This document shows positions 30,184 to 39,420 of a DNA stretch of 64,000 nucleotides, piece after piece (the stretch's first letter is position 1; every line of letters begins with the position of its first letter). The notes beneath the pieces were generated by a model. The model worked only from the letters and a program-made list of their open reading frames with translations, ran no database searches and was not told where the DNA came from. Source of the DNA: a candidate division WOR-3 bacterium. Its GTDB lineage: Bacteria; Hydrothermota; Tepidihabitantia; Tepidihabitantales; JAOUPE01. Location of the stretch: the NCBI GenBank assembly GCA_039801565.1, contig JBDRUX010000002.1, positions 332 through 64,331 on the forward strand. The letters are read 5' to 3'. The position numbers and the translations under genes are program-made.

Positions 30184-32035
30184 GATAACGGATACCACCT
30201 TAAGAGACGGTCATCAGTCCCTTTGGGCGACTCGGATGACAACGAACGAAATGTTGCCAATTGTGGAAAAGATGGATAAGATTGGCTATTGGTCATTAGA
30301 AGTTTGGGGTGGCGCAACTTTTGATGTCGCATTAAGATATCTAAACGAAGACCCTTGGGACCGATTAAGCCAATTGCGCTCGCACATCAAAAATACTAAA
30401 CTCCAAATGCTTTTACGTGGCCAGAATATCGTTGGGTATCGGAATTATCCCGACGATTTGTTAGAAGCCTTTGTTATCAAATCTGCTGAACGGGGTATTG
30501 ACATTTTTCGGATTTTCGATGCCTTAAATGATACCCGGAATTTAGAAAAAGCGATTAAATTTGTTAAGAAACAGAATAAACATGCCCAAGGAACGCTCTG
30601 CTACACAATAAGCCCGATTCACACCGTGAAATATTATCTGCAAAAAGCTAAAGAACAAGCGGAACTTGGTATTGATAGCATTTGTATCAAGGATATGGCA
30701 GGAATCCTTGGTCCAAATCCAGGCTACGAATTAGTTAGTGCCTTGAAAAGTGAATTTAAATTTCCAGTTCAACTTCACTCTCATGCCTCAAGTGGGATGG
30801 TGGTGGCTACTTATTACCGAGCGGTTGAAGCCGGTGTTGATATTATTGATACGGCTCATGCCCCATTGGCTTTCGCCTTTTCCCAGCCAGCAGTTGAGAC
30901 AATCGTCGCAATGTTCGCTAATACTCAATACGACCCGGGCTTAGAACTCTCTTTAATTGAAGAGGTATCCGATTATTTCGAAAAAGTTCGTCAAGAGCGA
31001 AATCTAACAGTCGAGAAGATGATTGATGAGATGGTAATTACGCATCAGATTCCAGGCGGGATGGCTTCGAATCTTTTAGCCCAATTGAAAGAACAAAAGG
31101 CAACGGAGCGATTAAAAGAAGTTTTAGAAGAAGTACCAAAAGTTCGCCGGGACTTAGGTTATCCACCTTTAGTCACACCAACCAGTCAAATTGTTGGCGT
31201 CCAAGCGGTCTTCAATGTCTTAGCTGGTGAACGGTATAAGATTGTACCCAAAGAAGTGAAAGATTATGCAAAAGGACTCTATGGCCGACCACCAGCACCA
31301 ATTAAAGAAAGTGTTCGGAAAAAGATTTTGGGTAATGAAAAGCCGATTGACGCAAGACCGGCTGATTTATTAGAACCAATCTTAGAGAAAGTAAAAAAAG
31401 AAGTGCCAAAAGATCTAATACTAAAAGAGGAAGACTATATCTCTTATGCTTTATTTCCTGAAGTCGCTTTGAAGTTTTTTAATGAACGGAAAAATCCCAG
31501 CCAACCTGAAGCAGTCGCTCCAATCGGTGCTTCAGGCACAAAGGAGGCAACAGTGAATGAACTGAATGGTGTTAAAGTTGTCAAAGAATTGATTGAACTG
31601 GCTAATAAGAACAATTTAGCGGAACTGGAATGGGATTTTGGGGGCAATCGGATCAAAATCCGCCGGGCTGGCCATCTTGTCGCCGAAGCGATGCCAGAGC
31701 CGATGCCCAGAAGCCAACTCCTTGAGCAACCGGTCAGCGATATCAAAGATAGTAAAATAACTTCCACTGAAGTCAAAACCGAACTAGTTAAAAAATATGA
31801 GGAGATTAAATCACCGATGGTTGGGGTATTCTATAGCCGACCGCGACCGGATGCACCACCGTTTGTGGAAAAAGGCGATATCGTCGAACCTGGGCAAACA
31901 CTCTGTATTATTGAAGCGATGAAACTGATGAACGAAATCGAAGCTGAGAAGAAATGCAAGATTATGGAAATTTTGGTTGAGGATGGTGAATCGGTCGAAT
32001 ACGGTGAACCATTATTTTTAGTTGAACCAGCCTAA
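30164..32035 (+). CDS. Carboxyltransferase 5S subunit fused to a C-terminal biotinyl domain (oxaloacetate decarboxylase α / pyruvate carboxylase subunit B type)
   Basis: ITDTTLRDGHQS…EVWGGATFD TIM-barrel carboxyltransferase domain; C-terminal EAMKLMNEIEAEK biotin-attachment motif (AMKM-like). Confidence 0.8.
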   Translation: MKKRPIKITDTTLRDGHQSLWATRMTTNEMLPIVEKMDKIGYWSLEVWGGATFDVALRYLNEDPWDRLSQLRSHIKNTKLQMLLRGQNIVGYRNYPDDLLEAFVIKSAERGIDIFRIFDALNDTRNLEKAIKFVKKQNKHAQGTLCYTISPIHTVKYYLQKAKEQAELGIDSICIKDMAGILGPNPGYELVSALKSEFKFPVQLHSHASSGMVVATYYRAVEAGVDIIDTAHAPLAFAFSQPAVETIVAMFANTQYDPGLELSLIEEVSDYFEKVRQERNLTVEKMIDEMVITHQIPGGMASNLLAQLKEQKATERLKEVLEEVPKVRRDLGYPPLVTPTSQIVGVQAVFNVLAGERYKIVPKEVKDYAKGLYGRPPAPIKESVRKKILGNEKPIDARPADLLEPILEKVKKEVPKDLILKEEDYISYALFPEVALKFFNERKNPSQPEAVAPIGASGTKEATVNELNGVKVVKELIELANKNNLAELEWDFGGNRIKIRRAGHLVAEAMPEPMPRSQLLEQPVSDIKDSKITSTEVKTELVKKYEEIKSPMVGVFYSRPRPDAPPFVEKGDIVEPGQTLCIIEAMKLMNEIEAEKKCKIMEILVEDGESVEYGEPLFLVEPA

Positions 32036-32074
32036 GTAATTTAGCCGATGTAGCTAACAACCGATGATGAAAAG

Positions 32075-33613
32075 ATGAAAAAGAGAACGATTCGAATTGT
32101 GGACACAACCTTCCGGGATGCCCACCAATCCCTTTTGGCAACGCGGTTGCGAACCGAAGATATGTTACCAATTGCCGAAGCGATGGACCGAATTGGTTTT
32201 TATAGTCTGGAGGTCTGGGGTGGGGCAACTTTTGATGTCTGTATCCGGTATCTCAATCAAGACCCTTGGGAAAGGCTGCGGCGTTTAAAGAAGGCATTTC
32301 CCAATACACCTTTACAAATGCTCTTGCGCGGCCAAAATTTAGTGGGTTATCGCCATTATCCTGACGATGTGGTAAAAGAGTTTATTCGTTTGGCACGAAA
32401 AAATGGAATTGATATTTTTCGCATTTTTGATGCCCTCAACGACCTACGGAATATGGAGGTTCCAATCAAGGCAGCTAAAGCTTCTGGTGCCCATGTTCAA
32501 GGTGCAATCTCTTATACGACAAGCCCGGTCCATACGATTGAAAATTTTGTCAAAATTGGCAAGGAATTAGAGGCATTGGGATGCGATTCGCTTTGTATCA
32601 AAGATATGGCAGGACTAATTTCGCCCAAAGCGGCTTATGAGTTGATAAAAGCATTAAAAAAGGAAATCCGAATACCAATTGACCTACATACCCATTGTAC
32701 CAGCGGTATGGGACCTATGAGTTACTATGCGGCCTGTGAAGCTGGGGTTGATATTATTGACACCGCTTTTTCACCATTGGCCGGTGGCAGCTCCCAACCC
32801 GCTACGGAAATTATGGTCGCCAGTTTGCAAGAGACCGCTAATCCGACCAATCTCGACTTAGCGTCATTGATTGAAATTGGCCGATATTTCTTAAAGGTGC
32901 GAGAAAAATATCAGAGATTTTTTAGTCCATTAGCCGAAAAGACTGATACCAGTGTCTTGATTCATCAAATCCCTGGTGGAATGTTATCAAATCTCTATTC
33001 ACAATTGAAGGAACAAAAAGCTTTGGATAAATACCAGGCAGTATTGGAAGAGACACCAAGGGTGCGAAAAGACTTAGGCTATCCACCATTAGTTACCCCA
33101 ACCAGTCAGATTGTTGGTAGTCAAGCGGTAATCAATGTCTTGACCGGCAAGCGCTATGAACGTGTGACTCAGGAAGTTAAAGATTATCTTTTGGGACTTT
33201 ATGGGCGACCGCCCGGTCCAATTGCTGAAGAGTTAAGAAAAAAAATAATTGGTGATGCCAAACCAATCGAATGTCGGCCAGCCGATTTATTAAAACCGGA
33301 ACTTGAAACTCGACTTAAAGAAGCCAAAGAATTAGGACTCTTACGCCCAGGACAGGAAGAAGAAGATTTGGTCACTTACGCTTTATTTCCAACTATCGCA
33401 CCAAAATTTTTAAGAGGTGAAGTAACCCCAGAAGTTATCGAAGAACCATTGGTCCTCGAAACTAATGAAGACGAATTAAAAATTGTGGCAATTGCCGCTG
33501 CCTTATCTAAGGCCTTAAAACCAACTTTAACCACCCGGCAGCCAATAGCAATGCTAAGGGAGTCATTAATTAGTCCTTGGAAACTGGTTGGCTTAAGAGA
33601 AAGTATGCGATGA
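32075..33613 (+). CDS. Carboxyltransferase 5S subunit paralog (no biotinyl domain)
   Basis: IVDTTFRDAHQS…EVWGGATFD; same domain order as 30164..32035, broadly similar in sequence, but ends before any biotinyl domain. Confidence 0.8.
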   Translation: MKKRTIRIVDTTFRDAHQSLLATRLRTEDMLPIAEAMDRIGFYSLEVWGGATFDVCIRYLNQDPWERLRRLKKAFPNTPLQMLLRGQNLVGYRHYPDDVVKEFIRLARKNGIDIFRIFDALNDLRNMEVPIKAAKASGAHVQGAISYTTSPVHTIENFVKIGKELEALGCDSLCIKDMAGLISPKAAYELIKALKKEIRIPIDLHTHCTSGMGPMSYYAACEAGVDIIDTAFSPLAGGSSQPATEIMVASLQETANPTNLDLASLIEIGRYFLKVREKYQRFFSPLAEKTDTSVLIHQIPGGMLSNLYSQLKEQKALDKYQAVLEETPRVRKDLGYPPLVTPTSQIVGSQAVINVLTGKRYERVTQEVKDYLLGLYGRPPGPIAEELRKKIIGDAKPIECRPADLLKPELETRLKEAKELGLLRPGQEEEDLVTYALFPTIAPKFLRGEVTPEVIEEPLVLETNEDELKIVAIAAALSKALKPTLTTRQPIAMLRESLISPWKLVGLRESMR

Positions 33614-34116
33614 GATTCTTAACCACTATTCAGGACCGGACTTTTGAAATTGAAATATACCCTTCTGAAAACGGCAGGGTATCAGTTCGAGTTGATAAAG
33701 AGCCGGTTTATTTAGACTACGAGACCGATAAAAATGGTGTTCTCGCTACTTTGATCATTGATGGGAGGAGATACGAGGTGCGGTGCGACGACTCAGGCGG
33801 TAAGTGTAAAGTCTATCTTTGGCAAAAATCTTATGATGTGACACTGGCAAAAGCCGAGGTCAAATCCAACAATGAAATAACCTCAGCCGAAGTCGCTCAT
33901 CGTATCATCCGGGCTCCGATGTCAGGCTTGGTAATTGCAATCTACGCCAAACCAGGGGAAAATGTTAAACCAGGCGATGCTTTAATTCTTTTAGAAGCAA
34001 TGAAGATGCAAAACGAAATTCGTAGCCCAATTGCTGGTAAAATTAGTAGGATCTATGCCAAAGTTGGTAAAACAGTTGAAAAAGGCGAAAAATTATTAGA
34101 ATTAGAACCATTTTGA
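33577..34116 (+). CDS. Biotin carboxyl carrier (biotin/lipoyl attachment domain) protein
   Basis: C-terminal LEAMKMQNEIRSPIAGKI biotinylation motif; overlaps the upstream carboxyltransferase by 37 nt. Confidence 0.75.
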   Translation: METGWLKRKYAMRFLTTIQDRTFEIEIYPSENGRVSVRVDKEPVYLDYETDKNGVLATLIIDGRRYEVRCDDSGGKCKVYLWQKSYDVTLAKAEVKSNNEITSAEVAHRIIRAPMSGLVIAIYAKPGENVKPGDALILLEAMKMQNEIRSPIAGKISRIYAKVGKTVEKGEKLLELEPF

Positions 34117-34209
34117 CAATAAATTCTTTCTTGACTTCGGTTCAAAATTTTGGTATCTATTCTCATACAGTATTGTTTTATTTTTTTAAATTATAAAAAG
34201 GAGGTACTG

Positions 34210-35937
34210 ATGCAAAAACCAATGTGCCTACTCCTACTGGGATTAGTAGTAGGAATTAGTCTTGCCTCGGATGGAACACTTTGGATTGGCAAAAGCCGAC
34301 CCGAAGCGTTTTCCTGTCCAAATCCAACACCAACGCTAACTCAACTGCCAACGGGTGATAACCCTGACACTGATACCCTCTACTACGATGAGCGAACCGC
34401 GTATACTGCTTGGATTTACTACCGTGAGAATAATGGTTGGGGCGTTAAATTTAATGCCCCGGCTGACAATGGAACAATCACCGGTGCCTTGGTTTATCTT
34501 TGGAGTTCATCCTGGCCTGTTCCTGGTGGTAACCGGTTCAAGGTTCGGGTTGTGGATTCGGATGGACCCAACGGTGCTCCCGGCACTACCCTTTATGAAT
34601 CGGATATCGTTACCGGTAATCGTGGTCAATGGAATAATGTTCCAATGTCAGTACCGTTCACGAACCGCAACTTTTACATCTTCTATGTTCAAGTTGATTC
34701 TTACCCAATGTGTCCTGCCTTAGGCATTGACCGGTTTGATAATGCTCCTGATGGTGTAAAATGGCAATTGACCAGTGGTAGCTACTCTCAAGAATCGGAT
34801 CGGTTCGGTGAATGGCTAATTAGAGCCTTGATTGACTGGACCCCGCAGAATAATAATATGGGCACTCTTTTCTTCGGCAATATGCCAATTGAGACCTTAC
34901 CCAATATTAGTCTTCAGATGCGTGGAACTGTTAAGAACTTTGGTAGTCAACCGGCTGCGGCTGGTGTCCCAGTAAAGATGCAAATAACCGGTCCTTTGGG
35001 TTATGTCTATAACGACTTTGACCAGGCAACCACGGTTACTCTGCAAAGAGGTCAGACCCAGTTGATTACTTTTTCTCCAAATTGGCATGTGCCCGACACA
35101 ATGGGTAACTACACGATCAAAATCTGGACTGAACTGGCTGGTGATGAATATCCACAAAATGATACAATCACTCGTACCTTAAGTATTGGTCGTTGGATTA
35201 CTTATGCTAATTGGAATAATCCCTATTGGATTACTTGGGCGAGCCCAGAACGGGCGGTGGAATTCATTCCCGGAAATTTCGGACTAACCTATCCTTTCTC
35301 GATATCCCGAGTCAAGGCACAATTCTATCTCCATCCCCAACGGCCTTGGGATGACAGCCTTTTTAGTTTCAAAATTTATGGCAATGACGGCGCAACTTTA
35401 CTTTATCAATCGGATACTATAAGGTCACCAGGTAGTTCGACACAAACCCACGATGTTGTACCGCCAGTAGCAATAACTTCGGGTAACTTTTATGTGGCGG
35501 TTGCACCCCGCAGTTATAGTGGCTTTCCGTCCAGTTTAGCCGACGATTCGGTGCAAAACCATAGTTTTTACGGCGGAGCGGGTTCTTGGATACCGTGGCC
35601 GTATGGTGAACTCTTTATTGCGGCTGCGGTTAGACAAGGCGTTGGTATTGAAGAAAAGTCGAATCCGGCTTTTTCTCGGCCCAAACTGACTGTGACCAAT
35701 TATCCCAATCCGACGAACAATCTTATCCGTATCGAATGGCAGATTCCGGAAAAAGGTAATCTCCGGATCGACCTTTTCGATGTCACGGGACGAGAAGTGA
35801 AAACGATTTATGACAATTACGCCGAAGCTAATGGCATCATCTACATGCGAACTGAAGATTTAGCCGCCGGCGCTTATCTGATTCGTTTGCGTAATGGCAA
35901 AGAGACTGCGACTGCCAAACTATTAGTGCAAAAATAA
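34210..35937 (+). CDS. Secreted hypothetical protein with T9SS C-terminal sorting domain
   Basis: Start moved to the ATG at 34210 (RBS aaaggagg; signal peptide MQKPMCLLLLGLVVGISLA). C-terminal …NLIRIEWQIP…LRIDLFDVTGREV…GAYLIRL… is a T9SS CTD. Confidence 0.7.
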   Translation: MQKPMCLLLLGLVVGISLASDGTLWIGKSRPEAFSCPNPTPTLTQLPTGDNPDTDTLYYDERTAYTAWIYYRENNGWGVKFNAPADNGTITGALVYLWSSSWPVPGGNRFKVRVVDSDGPNGAPGTTLYESDIVTGNRGQWNNVPMSVPFTNRNFYIFYVQVDSYPMCPALGIDRFDNAPDGVKWQLTSGSYSQESDRFGEWLIRALIDWTPQNNNMGTLFFGNMPIETLPNISLQMRGTVKNFGSQPAAAGVPVKMQITGPLGYVYNDFDQATTVTLQRGQTQLITFSPNWHVPDTMGNYTIKIWTELAGDEYPQNDTITRTLSIGRWITYANWNNPYWITWASPERAVEFIPGNFGLTYPFSISRVKAQFYLHPQRPWDDSLFSFKIYGNDGATLLYQSDTIRSPGSSTQTHDVVPPVAITSGNFYVAVAPRSYSGFPSSLADDSVQNHSFYGGAGSWIPWPYGELFIAAAVRQGVGIEEKSNPAFSRPKLTVTNYPNPTNNLIRIEWQIPEKGNLRIDLFDVTGREVKTIYDNYAEANGIIYMRTEDLAAGAYLIRLRNGKETATAKLLVQK

Positions 35938-35959
35938 CCAGAAATAAAAACATAAAAAC

Positions 35960-35992
35960 AGAGGGGCGATTAAATCGCCCCTCTTAATTTTA
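35960..35992. terminator. Bidirectional rho-independent terminator between convergent genes
   Basis: agaggggcgatt-aa-atcgcccctct perfect hairpin with T-runs on both sides. Confidence 0.7.
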
Positions 35993-36006
35993 TTTGCCAA
36001 ATGAAT

Positions 36007-36537
36007 TTAACTTATTGCCATATCTAATATGCGTTCAAATGCGGAATAGGTAATTTGGTCAAATAGAACAAAAACTACCTTTTTGATATTACCCTTTTGC
36101 TTGATATGACTAATTACTTCATCAACCATTATCTCAGCACATTTTTCTTTAGAAAACCCGCCGACCCCAGTACCAAGGGCAGGAAAGGCGATACTATCTA
36201 ATTTAAACTTTTCAGCTAACTTAAGGCTGTTGCGAGTCGCTAATCTTATTTTGTTTTCATCGGTTTTAAAATCTTCACCCATTACTGCGGCGTGAATTAC
36301 ATATTTTGTCCGGAGTTTACCGGCTCCGGTAATGACAGCTTCGCCGACTTTAATTGGTCCTTGGGCAACTGCTTCTTGTTCAATTACCTTGCCGCCTTTA
36401 CGCTTGATCGCACCAGCTACACCGCCACCCATCCATAGGTGATTGTTAGCGGCATTGACAATCGCATCGCTATTCTGTTCGGTAATATCACCTAAGACTA
36501 AACCAATTATACTATCCTGAAATTTATATTGTTTCAT
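36007..36537 (-). CDS. Macro-domain protein (O-acetyl-ADP-ribose deacetylase-like)
   Basis: IVNAANNHLWMGGGVAGAI macro-domain motif. Confidence 0.8.
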   Translation of the reverse strand: MKQYKFQDSIIGLVLGDITEQNSDAIVNAANNHLWMGGGVAGAIKRKGGKVIEQEAVAQGPIKVGEAVITGAGKLRTKYVIHAAVMGEDFKTDENKIRLATRNSLKLAEKFKLDSIAFPALGTGVGGFSKEKCAEIMVDEVISHIKQKGNIKKVVFVLFDQITYSAFERILDMAIS

Positions 36538-36989
36538 TCGTTTTGGGTAATAATTGTTATGACTTCTTCAGCACTTTTGGCACGGTTCAACTGAACACGA
36601 ATCGCTTCATTGCGTAAGATTTTTGAAAGTCGGGCTAAAGTTATAATGTATTCCGATTTTTTTTCGTCAGGCGCGGCAATTAAAAAGATTAGATGAGAGG
36701 GCTTGCCATCGAGACTTGAAAAATCAACCCCATTTCGCGAACGGCCAAAAGCCAGCACGATATCTTTTACCGCTTTGGTTCGGGCATGGGGAATGGCAAC
36801 GCCAAAACCAATTCCAGTGCTTTCCAAGTTCTCACGGCGTAAAATTGCCGAAAAAAACTCATCCGTATCATTAACAATTCCCTGCTCAATTAGGACATTG
36901 GCTAATTCCTTTATCGCTTCTATTTTCTCTTTTGCTTTTAGGTCTAAAACAATGGCTGACGGTGCTAACAATTCTGATATTTTTTGCAT
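36534..36989 (-). CDS. ptsN: PTS EIIA-type-2 domain protein (PtsN / EIIA-Ntr-like)
   Basis: GVAIPHAR active-site His context, 151 aa. Confidence 0.7.
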   Translation of the reverse strand: MQKISELLAPSAIVLDLKAKEKIEAIKELANVLIEQGIVNDTDEFFSAILRRENLESTGIGFGVAIPHARTKAVKDIVLAFGRSRNGVDFSSLDGKPSHLIFLIAAPDEKKSEYIITLARLSKILRNEAIRVQLNRAKSAEEVITIITQNE

Positions 36990-37134
36990 CGCTCCTCCTT
37001 ATTAAATGATTCGGTGCCACCGAATTTTGCTAAGCAAAAATTACACCGGTAATGCCAACGGTTATTCTTTTTCGAAAAAACTAAAAGTGAACTTCTACTA
37101 AATTTTAGGCTTAATTGCTGCCAATTGGTTCTAC

Positions 37135-37518
37135 TCATCTTATGATCAATGTCTTACTCGACGGTAACTGGTTAATTAATTCGCTAATATTTAATTTCGA
37201 TTGATTTCCGACAATCATCCCATCCAAGTTAAATGTCTGAAGAATCTCAATTAACTTATTCTCGGGTCGACCTTCTTCCAAAATTAACGAAATTTTAACA
37301 TTTCTTTCAAAGGCATCATCTTCAATTTCATAAAGTCTTGACCAGGCAGTTTCTTCCTGATTGGACGGTAGTCTTTTATCTTTTCTTTTCGTTGCTCCTT
37401 TTATAATAAAAACCGCAAAAATTCGGGCATTTAAAATCTTAGCAAATTGTAATGCCCAGGTCGCTATTTCTTTATTAACCGGGCTATCATCCACATAAAG
37501 TAATAGCTTTTCTAACAT
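37135..37518 (-). CDS. Universal stress protein (UspA)-like, short
   Basis: Start reassigned to the internal Met (MLEKLLLYVDDSP…) to avoid a 110-nt overlap with mnmE; C-terminal DGMIVGNQSK…LIIR resembles Usp. Confidence 0.4.
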   Translation of the reverse strand: MLEKLLLYVDDSPVNKEIATWALQFAKILNARIFAVFIIKGATKRKDKRLPSNQEETAWSRLYEIEDDAFERNVKISLILEEGRPENKLIEILQTFNLDGMIVGNQSKLNISELINQLPSSKTLIIR

Positions 37519-37519
37519 C

Positions 37520-38872
37520 TCACTTGCCGATACAAAATTGCGCAAAAATCTGGTTGAGAATTTCTTCGTTAGTGACCTTACCAGTGATTTCGCCCAAGGC
37601 GTCAAGAGCGATTCGTATTTCCAGAGCAATTGTTTCTAAATAATTTTCCTTTTGAGCTCGCACTAAAGCATTTTGGGCTTGGCGCAAAGCCTCGATATGA
37701 CGCCGGTTGGTGATGAAATATTCGGAATCGTTTTTTGCCTGGAATAGCTTGGCCAGCGCCTTTTTTAATTCGCTAATCCCTTGATTATAACGAGCTGAGG
37801 TTCTTATAACCTTTTGTCCATTAATGCCTGGTAAATTCGTAAAGCTAAATTTACTCTTTAAATCAATTTTATTTAAGACGAAAAGGCATCTTTTTTCTTT
37901 AATCGCCTCCAGGACCATTTTATCCTCGTAAGTGGGTGGTTTCGAGTTATCAAAAATGGCTAAAACTGAATCGGCTGCTTTTAAATAATCATAAGTTTTA
38001 ACGACCCCCAAAGCTTCGACTTTTCCTTTGGTTTGTCTAATACCCGCCGTATCCACTAAACGAATTAAAGTGTCGCCAATGATTGTTCTTTCCTCTAAAC
38101 TATCCCGTGTTGTGCCTGGAATTTCGGTAACCAATGCCCGTTCTCTCTCTAATAAGCAATTAAAAATACTCGATTTGCCGACATTGGGTTTGCCAACAAT
38201 CACCACCAAAGCTCCCTCGCGCAAAAATCGTTCGCTTTCCCCTTTACTAATAAATCTTCCAATTTTGTTTTCTACCTTTTTGAGTGCCCGGTGAATCTTT
38301 TTTATTGGGTTAATCCTTTCATTCTCTTCAAATTCCAAGGCGTTTTCAGTTAAACAAAGGATATCTTTCAACTCATTACCGATTTCTTCAATTACTTTTG
38401 ATAAAGTGCCGACCAACTGGCTTAATGCACTGCGTCGAGCGGTTTCGGTTTTAGCATTAACTAAATCTAAGATTGCTTCGGCTTGGACAATATCCATCCT
38501 ACCAGAAAGAACTGCCCGTTTGGTGAATTCACCGGGCTGAGCCAGTCGGGCACCTTGTTCTAATAGTATCTTTAGTATCGTGTCAGCCACAAATGTCCCA
38601 CCATGACAAGATATTTCCACCATATCTTCGCCAGTATAACTTTTGGGTTTGCGAAAAACTGAGAGTAAGACAGTATCAATTATCATTTGGTTTTTAGGAT
38701 TTATAATCTTACCGTAATGGATGGTGTGAGTTGGACATTGGGTTGGCCGTTTCCCAACAAATATCTTATCGGCAATTGTTAAAGCGGAATTGCCCGATAA
38801 CCTTATTACTGCAATGCCACCGATACCTGGAGGTGTAGCAATAGCCGCTATGGTATCATTCCAATTAATCAT
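37520..38872 (-). CDS. mnmE: tRNA modification GTPase MnmE
   Basis: G-domain GKPNVGKSS, DTAGIR, NKID; C-terminal CIGK. Confidence 0.9.
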   Translation of the reverse strand: MINWNDTIAAIATPPGIGGIAVIRLSGNSALTIADKIFVGKRPTQCPTHTIHYGKIINPKNQMIIDTVLLSVFRKPKSYTGEDMVEISCHGGTFVADTILKILLEQGARLAQPGEFTKRAVLSGRMDIVQAEAILDLVNAKTETARRSALSQLVGTLSKVIEEIGNELKDILCLTENALEFEENERINPIKKIHRALKKVENKIGRFISKGESERFLREGALVVIVGKPNVGKSSIFNCLLERERALVTEIPGTTRDSLEERTIIGDTLIRLVDTAGIRQTKGKVEALGVVKTYDYLKAADSVLAIFDNSKPPTYEDKMVLEAIKEKRCLFVLNKIDLKSKFSFTNLPGINGQKVIRTSARYNQGISELKKALAKLFQAKNDSEYFITNRRHIEALRQAQNALVRAQKENYLETIALEIRIALDALGEITGKVTNEEILNQIFAQFCIGK

Positions 38873-38925
38873 TAATTTTAGGCTATTAACCGATATTTTC
38901 TTCCATTCCAGCCGTTAAGTCAATT

Positions 38926-39420
38926 CTAAGTTGACAGCTTGCTTGGAGCGATAATTACATTCTTCTTAGTTCCACTTCCAATCGTATAAACTTTTACTTG
39001 CGGTATCGAGGCCAATGCCTTTTCGACTACTTCCCGTTCTCGGTCATTCAATAGGTCCAATGCCATCTCACGACCGGTTTCGGAGACAATCTTGGCAACA
39101 GCTAAGGCTTTTTTGCAAAGAAAATTCTCACGGCGTAACCGATAACCACTCACATCCACCATTAAACCTGGCATATTAGAATATTTCCGTTGGATAATGG
39201 CGCGCGTCAAGTATTGAATTGATTTCAGGGTAGCCCCACGCCGACCAATTAAAAGGCCATTGGAATAACGGGTTTTGATATTGGCGTAATAACCAAGGTC
39301 GGTTTTTTTCACTTCAATTTTGGCTTTCACACCAATGAAATTGACTAAGTCCCGGACGACTCCTTCAATTTCAATTGCTAACTGGTCAAGGGTTTGTCCA
39401 CTGGTAGTAGTTTCTGCCAT
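38926..39420 (-). CDS. jag: Jag/KhpB-like RNA-binding protein (KH + R3H)
   Basis: KH-like N-terminus, C-terminal R3H region; conserved position between yidC and mnmE. Confidence 0.75.
   Translation of the reverse strand: MAETTTSGQTLDQLAIEIEGVVRDLVNFIGVKAKIEVKKTDLGYYANIKTRYSNGLLIGRRGATLKSIQYLTRAIIQRKYSNMPGLMVDVSGYRLRRENFLCKKALAVAKIVSETGREMALDLLNDREREVVEKALASIPQVKVYTIGSGTKKNVIIAPSKLST

Noticed and set aside
37135-37629. Full-length 164-aa ORF overlapping mnmE by 110 nt
   Set aside because: The long overlap is implausible. An internal Met (37518) gives a Usp-like protein abutting the mnmE stop, so the shorter model was used.
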